A DNA stretch of 63,925 bases, filler included, from Gonapodya sp. JEL0774 (Eukaryota): the NCBI GenBank assembly GCA_027604505.1. It is 5 parts of 5 records of this genome, joined end to end, with 100 filler letters (N's around TTAATTAATTAA, not from the genome) between each part and the next. Parts side by side here need not be neighbours in the genome. Positions count along the whole stretch, not along the records: positions 54,285 to 63,925 come from JADIIX010000405.1; 4 more parts are not named here. One strand, given 5' to 3'. Of this stretch, positions 60,086 to 63,925 are shown piece by piece. Within the stretch, counting starts at the first letter, position 1. Each line of letters starts with the position of its first letter. A model generated the notes under the pieces. That model had not been told where the DNA came from. It made no database searches and saw nothing but the letters and a program-made list of their open reading frames with translations. Position numbers and translations under genes: made by a program.

Positions 60086-60201
60086 TCTGAAAACTCAAAT
60101 GCGATGCGATCGAGTTGGGTTGGGAAGCGGCTCACTCTCCGCCGTGGCGAGGTTCTTCGTGAATCAGTGAAAGAACCGACGGACTTCCTCCAAGAATAAT
60201 C

Positions 60202-62116
60202 ATGAACGGGAACGGTCCAAAACTCGGCGCCGACGGAAAAGGTGAGCTCGTTATCATCGATTGTTTGAGCTTGGCTCCCACGATCTCCTTCTTTATATGT
60301 ATTTGACGACAAACATTTTCCACCCCAGACGAGCCCATTCCTGTATCGAGGTACCGCGAATACCTGCGCATCAAAACTGTGCATCCGTCGCCCGATTACG
60401 ATGGTGCGATAGCCTTTTTGAGGTGAGGCGGGATGGGGCAGGTTCATTCCGGCTGGAGGAATTGTATTCTCCTGAATGCTTGGAGTTCATCTGTCGTCCT
60501 GTGTCTCCTGAAAAATAGAAAGTACGCAAACGAAATAGGACTCCCGTGCGATGTGATTCCTGTACGTCCAAGCTCGCGCGACCTCTGACGAGAGAGGTCA
60601 TGGCAGTACTCACTCTTTGGTGTCCCCCCAAAGGTGACTCCAACCAAGTCGATGGTCGTAATGAAATGGGAAGGGCAAGATCAATCACTAGTTCGTTGAA
60701 GCCCCTGTCGCTGGACTGGTTTGAGGGCCGATCAATGACTTCACCATCTGCAAATCAGCCTTCCCTCGGGCTCACTTCACATATGGACGTGGTGCCTGTC
60801 TTTCCCGTAAGGTTCTTCCGCAATATTGAATGACGCCAATTGAATGGAGTGCTTCAACTGCCGTGCAATATCCATCATCGGCAGGACCTGTGGGATCACG
60901 ACCCGTTCGCGGCCACCAAGCTTCCGAACGGTGACATTGTTGCCAGAGGAGCGCAAGACATGAAACCACTCGGCATACAGTACCTTGAGGCTATACGGAG
61001 ATGGAGGGGCTCGGGTTGTAAGCCGAAACGGAACGTCTGGGTCATATTCACAACCGGTAATTCTGTGATTGTAGCACGGGAGTCAATGAGCCCCCCAAAC
61101 TGTACCATCCTCCCCAACATACCTTTCCATCCACCATATAGATGAAGAGATCGGGTCTCTTGACGGTATGGCCAAGTTCGTCCAAACCCAACAGTTTCGG
61201 GACCTGAACCTTGGGTTCGTGCTGGACGAGGGGATTCCCAACCCCGGAGACGGATACAACGTGTATTACGGAGAGCGGGCACCTTGGTGTGAGTCGGACC
61301 GGTTCTGAGCTCTGATCTTCATTCCAGGTGATTACATGTCCGTTCGTGTCTTCCCGCAGGGCTCATCGTGACCGCAACGGGACCGGTCGGTCACGCCTCC
61401 CAGTTCATTCCCAACTCAGCAAGTGTTAAACTTCACCATGTGATATCACGTCTGCTTGAATTTCGGAAGAGCGAAGAGGAGCGCATGACCACCGGTGGCC
61501 TGCCTCTCGGGGAGGTGACCTCGTTGAACTGGACAATCACGGAGGTATGTGACCAATTGCGAGTATGGCTTTCAATCTTCCGAGTTCTTAGTGCGCGCGT
61601 CATGTTCTGGCTGCCAGGGTGGGGTTCAATTTAACGTCGTTCCTGCCACAATGACGGCCAAGTTCGACATCAGGGTACCACCCACCGTGTCTAACGAAGA
61701 CCTTGTGGGCCGAATTCAAAAGTGGTGCGAGGAAGCGGGAGATGGAGTAACTTTCAAATTTGATGGAATATCGGGACCCAGAGACAATCGAATGAGTGCT
61801 ATGGAAGGATCGTGGTGGGACGGATTGGTGAAGGTTGCGAAAAGAAGGTGGGGATTTGCCCCTCACGAAGCAAAGTTCAATCCACATAATATTTTGCGGC
61901 ACAATCAGAAACGTCCGACTCATTCCATCAATCTTCCCTGCCGCTACGGACTCTCGCTTTCTTCGGAGCACCGGTGTCCCGTCGTTTGGCTGCTCCCCGA
62001 TCCAGCGAACCCCGAACCTTCTCCATGACCACAACGAGTATCTCAATGAAGCGACTTTCTTGGAGGGATTGGAGTGGTATGTGGAATTGATTGGAGAGTT
62101 GGCCGGGGTGGTGTGA
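60202..62116 (+). CDS. ACY1: Aminoacylase-1 (M20A peptidase)
   Basis: YREYLRIKTVHP, SHMDVVPV, ARGAQDMK, DEEIG, LDEG, GHAS, GGVQFNVVP, FPAATDSRFLR, LLHDHNEYL. Confidence 0.93.
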
Positions 62117-62735
62117 GAGTAATTGGGGTTGCGCGAGCGCTTACACTTCCTTTAACCTTCAATGAGTTCAAATTCGCTGGTCCACAATAATGCACGATAG
62201 CATCAGAATGGGTTAGCATGATGCATGATTCTATTAATCCGTCCTCCCCTATGACGATGCAGTCAATGGGAGTGTCCTGCTTGTCTGCGTGTTCCAAATT
62301 GCTCTGTCGGATCAAAGAGTGTTACATTATGCCTATGGAAAAGCGTTTCACAGTACATCAGTTTTCCCTTGCTATTCATTGAAGACCAATCACATGGAAA
62401 TCGAGAGTTGGTTTTGGTGTTGCAACGTGCGTGGCACGGCGTGCTGTGGAGCGCCACCCAGCGCCTCACCCCAAACCTTGCTTGCGTACGCTGCGCATGC
62501 TGTGGAATGCTGTGGGGCATATGCTGTGCAACAATCAGCGTCCGCTAGTACTTAAGCGAGAAGTTTTCCGTCATCACTGACGACGTGACTACTTCACTGC
62601 AACCGTCAACAACCAAATCCACTGCCGGTGAGACTCAGCCGAAACTCCACGCCATTGTTCTGCTCCGATACGTTGCCAATGAGCAGCACTCATGCCACAA
62701 CCGATTCGTCTTCCCAACAGTAAGCCATCTTCAAT

Positions 62736-63128
62736 ATGAGCGAGGTCCTTGGTTTCCACTCCCAACACACCGCGACAAACTTCTTCACCGGTTTCCGCAA
62801 ATACTACGTGTCCGACGACCGGAGCTCCGGAAAATACACCTTCAACTGCCCTGGGGACCTTCCATCTGACCGATCTGCTCCGGTAATCGTCTGGTGGCTC
62901 AAGAAGAACGGTGTGAAGGTTGGGGGTGATGCGCCGCGCAACCTCAAGGACGGCGATCACCACGCTTTCGGGGAAGCGAGGGCCAACGGCCAGCACGTGA
63001 TGTGGGAGGATATAAGCAGGGAGTGGGAGAAGGCTGGCAATACACCCGTTCGTAACTTGACGCAGGAGGGCGTTATGAGCGTGATGGCAACCGTCTTGGG
63101 GGTAGCAACGGCAGTAATTGCCGCGTAA
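62736..63128 (+). CDS. Hypothetical 130-aa protein with hydrophobic C-terminal tail
   Basis: Intronless ORF with ATG in TCAATATG context and protein-like composition; no recognised motif. Confidence 0.5.
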   Translation: MSEVLGFHSQHTATNFFTGFRKYYVSDDRSSGKYTFNCPGDLPSDRSAPVIVWWLKKNGVKVGGDAPRNLKDGDHHAFGEARANGQHVMWEDISREWEKAGNTPVRNLTQEGVMSVMATVLGVATAVIAA

Positions 63129-63925
63129 AAGCAGGATTCACAATTTTGTACGTGCATTTCAATGAACTTATTCAACAAAACGCGAGAGGTTTCGATCGAA
63201 ATCCCAACGGATGCTTCAAAGCCATTCATTCCCCTTTACAGTTTGTTCTCTCTGAACCCGCAAAGTGGAAACAAGATCGAGGAGCTGCTAAAGCATTGTT
63301 GGTGACGTACCTAGTTTACAATTCTAAATGCGGATACAAATTCACTACAAAAGTGCAACAACCAAGCTCCACACGGGTTCCACCAGCGCGCCCGCGCCAC
63401 CATTCCAAACCAAACCATCCCCACCACCACCAACGTTCAAGGAAAACATGTGAGAACAGGGGAGAGAAAAATTGAAGGGAAGAAGACCCGTTGAGACCAA
63501 TGCGGTTACGGCAAAAAACACGACCACCCGCAGCTCCCCAGCACCCGAACCGGCACTTACGGCACGCAAGTCGGAAACAGCTCCAGGGAAAAGCCACACA
63601 GACTCGCGGGCCGAACTCAAAAGTACACGGTTTCAAAGGGTTCGGGGGCAGCATGCAGAGTGGGGTCGCGTGCGTGCTGAGCTTGGTTGGGAGAGTAGAG
63701 AAAGTGTTACTGAATGCTCGAGCAACGATCATCAACCGCTGATTTTCCCTTAGGCCAAAGATTGGTGTCCGTCAAATTGTCGTTGGGTGGAAGTCCTTGT
63801 CGCAATAAACGAAGGCTCGTGGGTGGAGGAAACTTGTCGGAGAGCCGCCGCCTCGTCCAAAACATCACGTGAGTCCCAGAAACACCACTCCCCACGCACA
63901 CCATCCTCTTACTCTCCACAATTTC

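Overview
Eukaryotic, intron-rich (GT-AG) genomic DNA with assembly gaps, most consistent with a flagellated early-diverging (chytrid-grade) fungus. This is inferred from fungal housekeeping genes, CBM1 modules and a CatSper channel; a Monoblepharidomycete such as Gonapodya is plausible but unproven. Left arm (1-21 kb): ISN1, a CatSper4-like sperm-type cation channel subunit, a divergent intronless Ubc12-like E2, an EngB GTPase, a bacterial-type GNAT, LITAF, VMS1/ANKZF1, an NmrA-like protein, a large multipass membrane protein and VPS16. Centre (22.9-40.8 kb): an accessory island with two tandem paralogous F-box genes, a Crinkler-like nuclease-fold gene, a nest of decayed LTR retrotransposons (three Ty1/copia, one Ty3/gypsy) and a decayed UBA plus Cys/His-cluster transposon-like gene. 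Right arm: an SMYD-like TPR-SET-MYND gene, the CAF-1 large subunit, a secreted HExxH metalloprotease with a very long Thr/Ser repeat stalk, a double-CBM1 protein, an ankyrin pseudogene, two more F-box genes, an SDR head-to-head with aminoacylase-1, and an orphan ORF. No rRNA, tRNA or CRISPR array seen. Exon boundaries were read by eye and are approximate.
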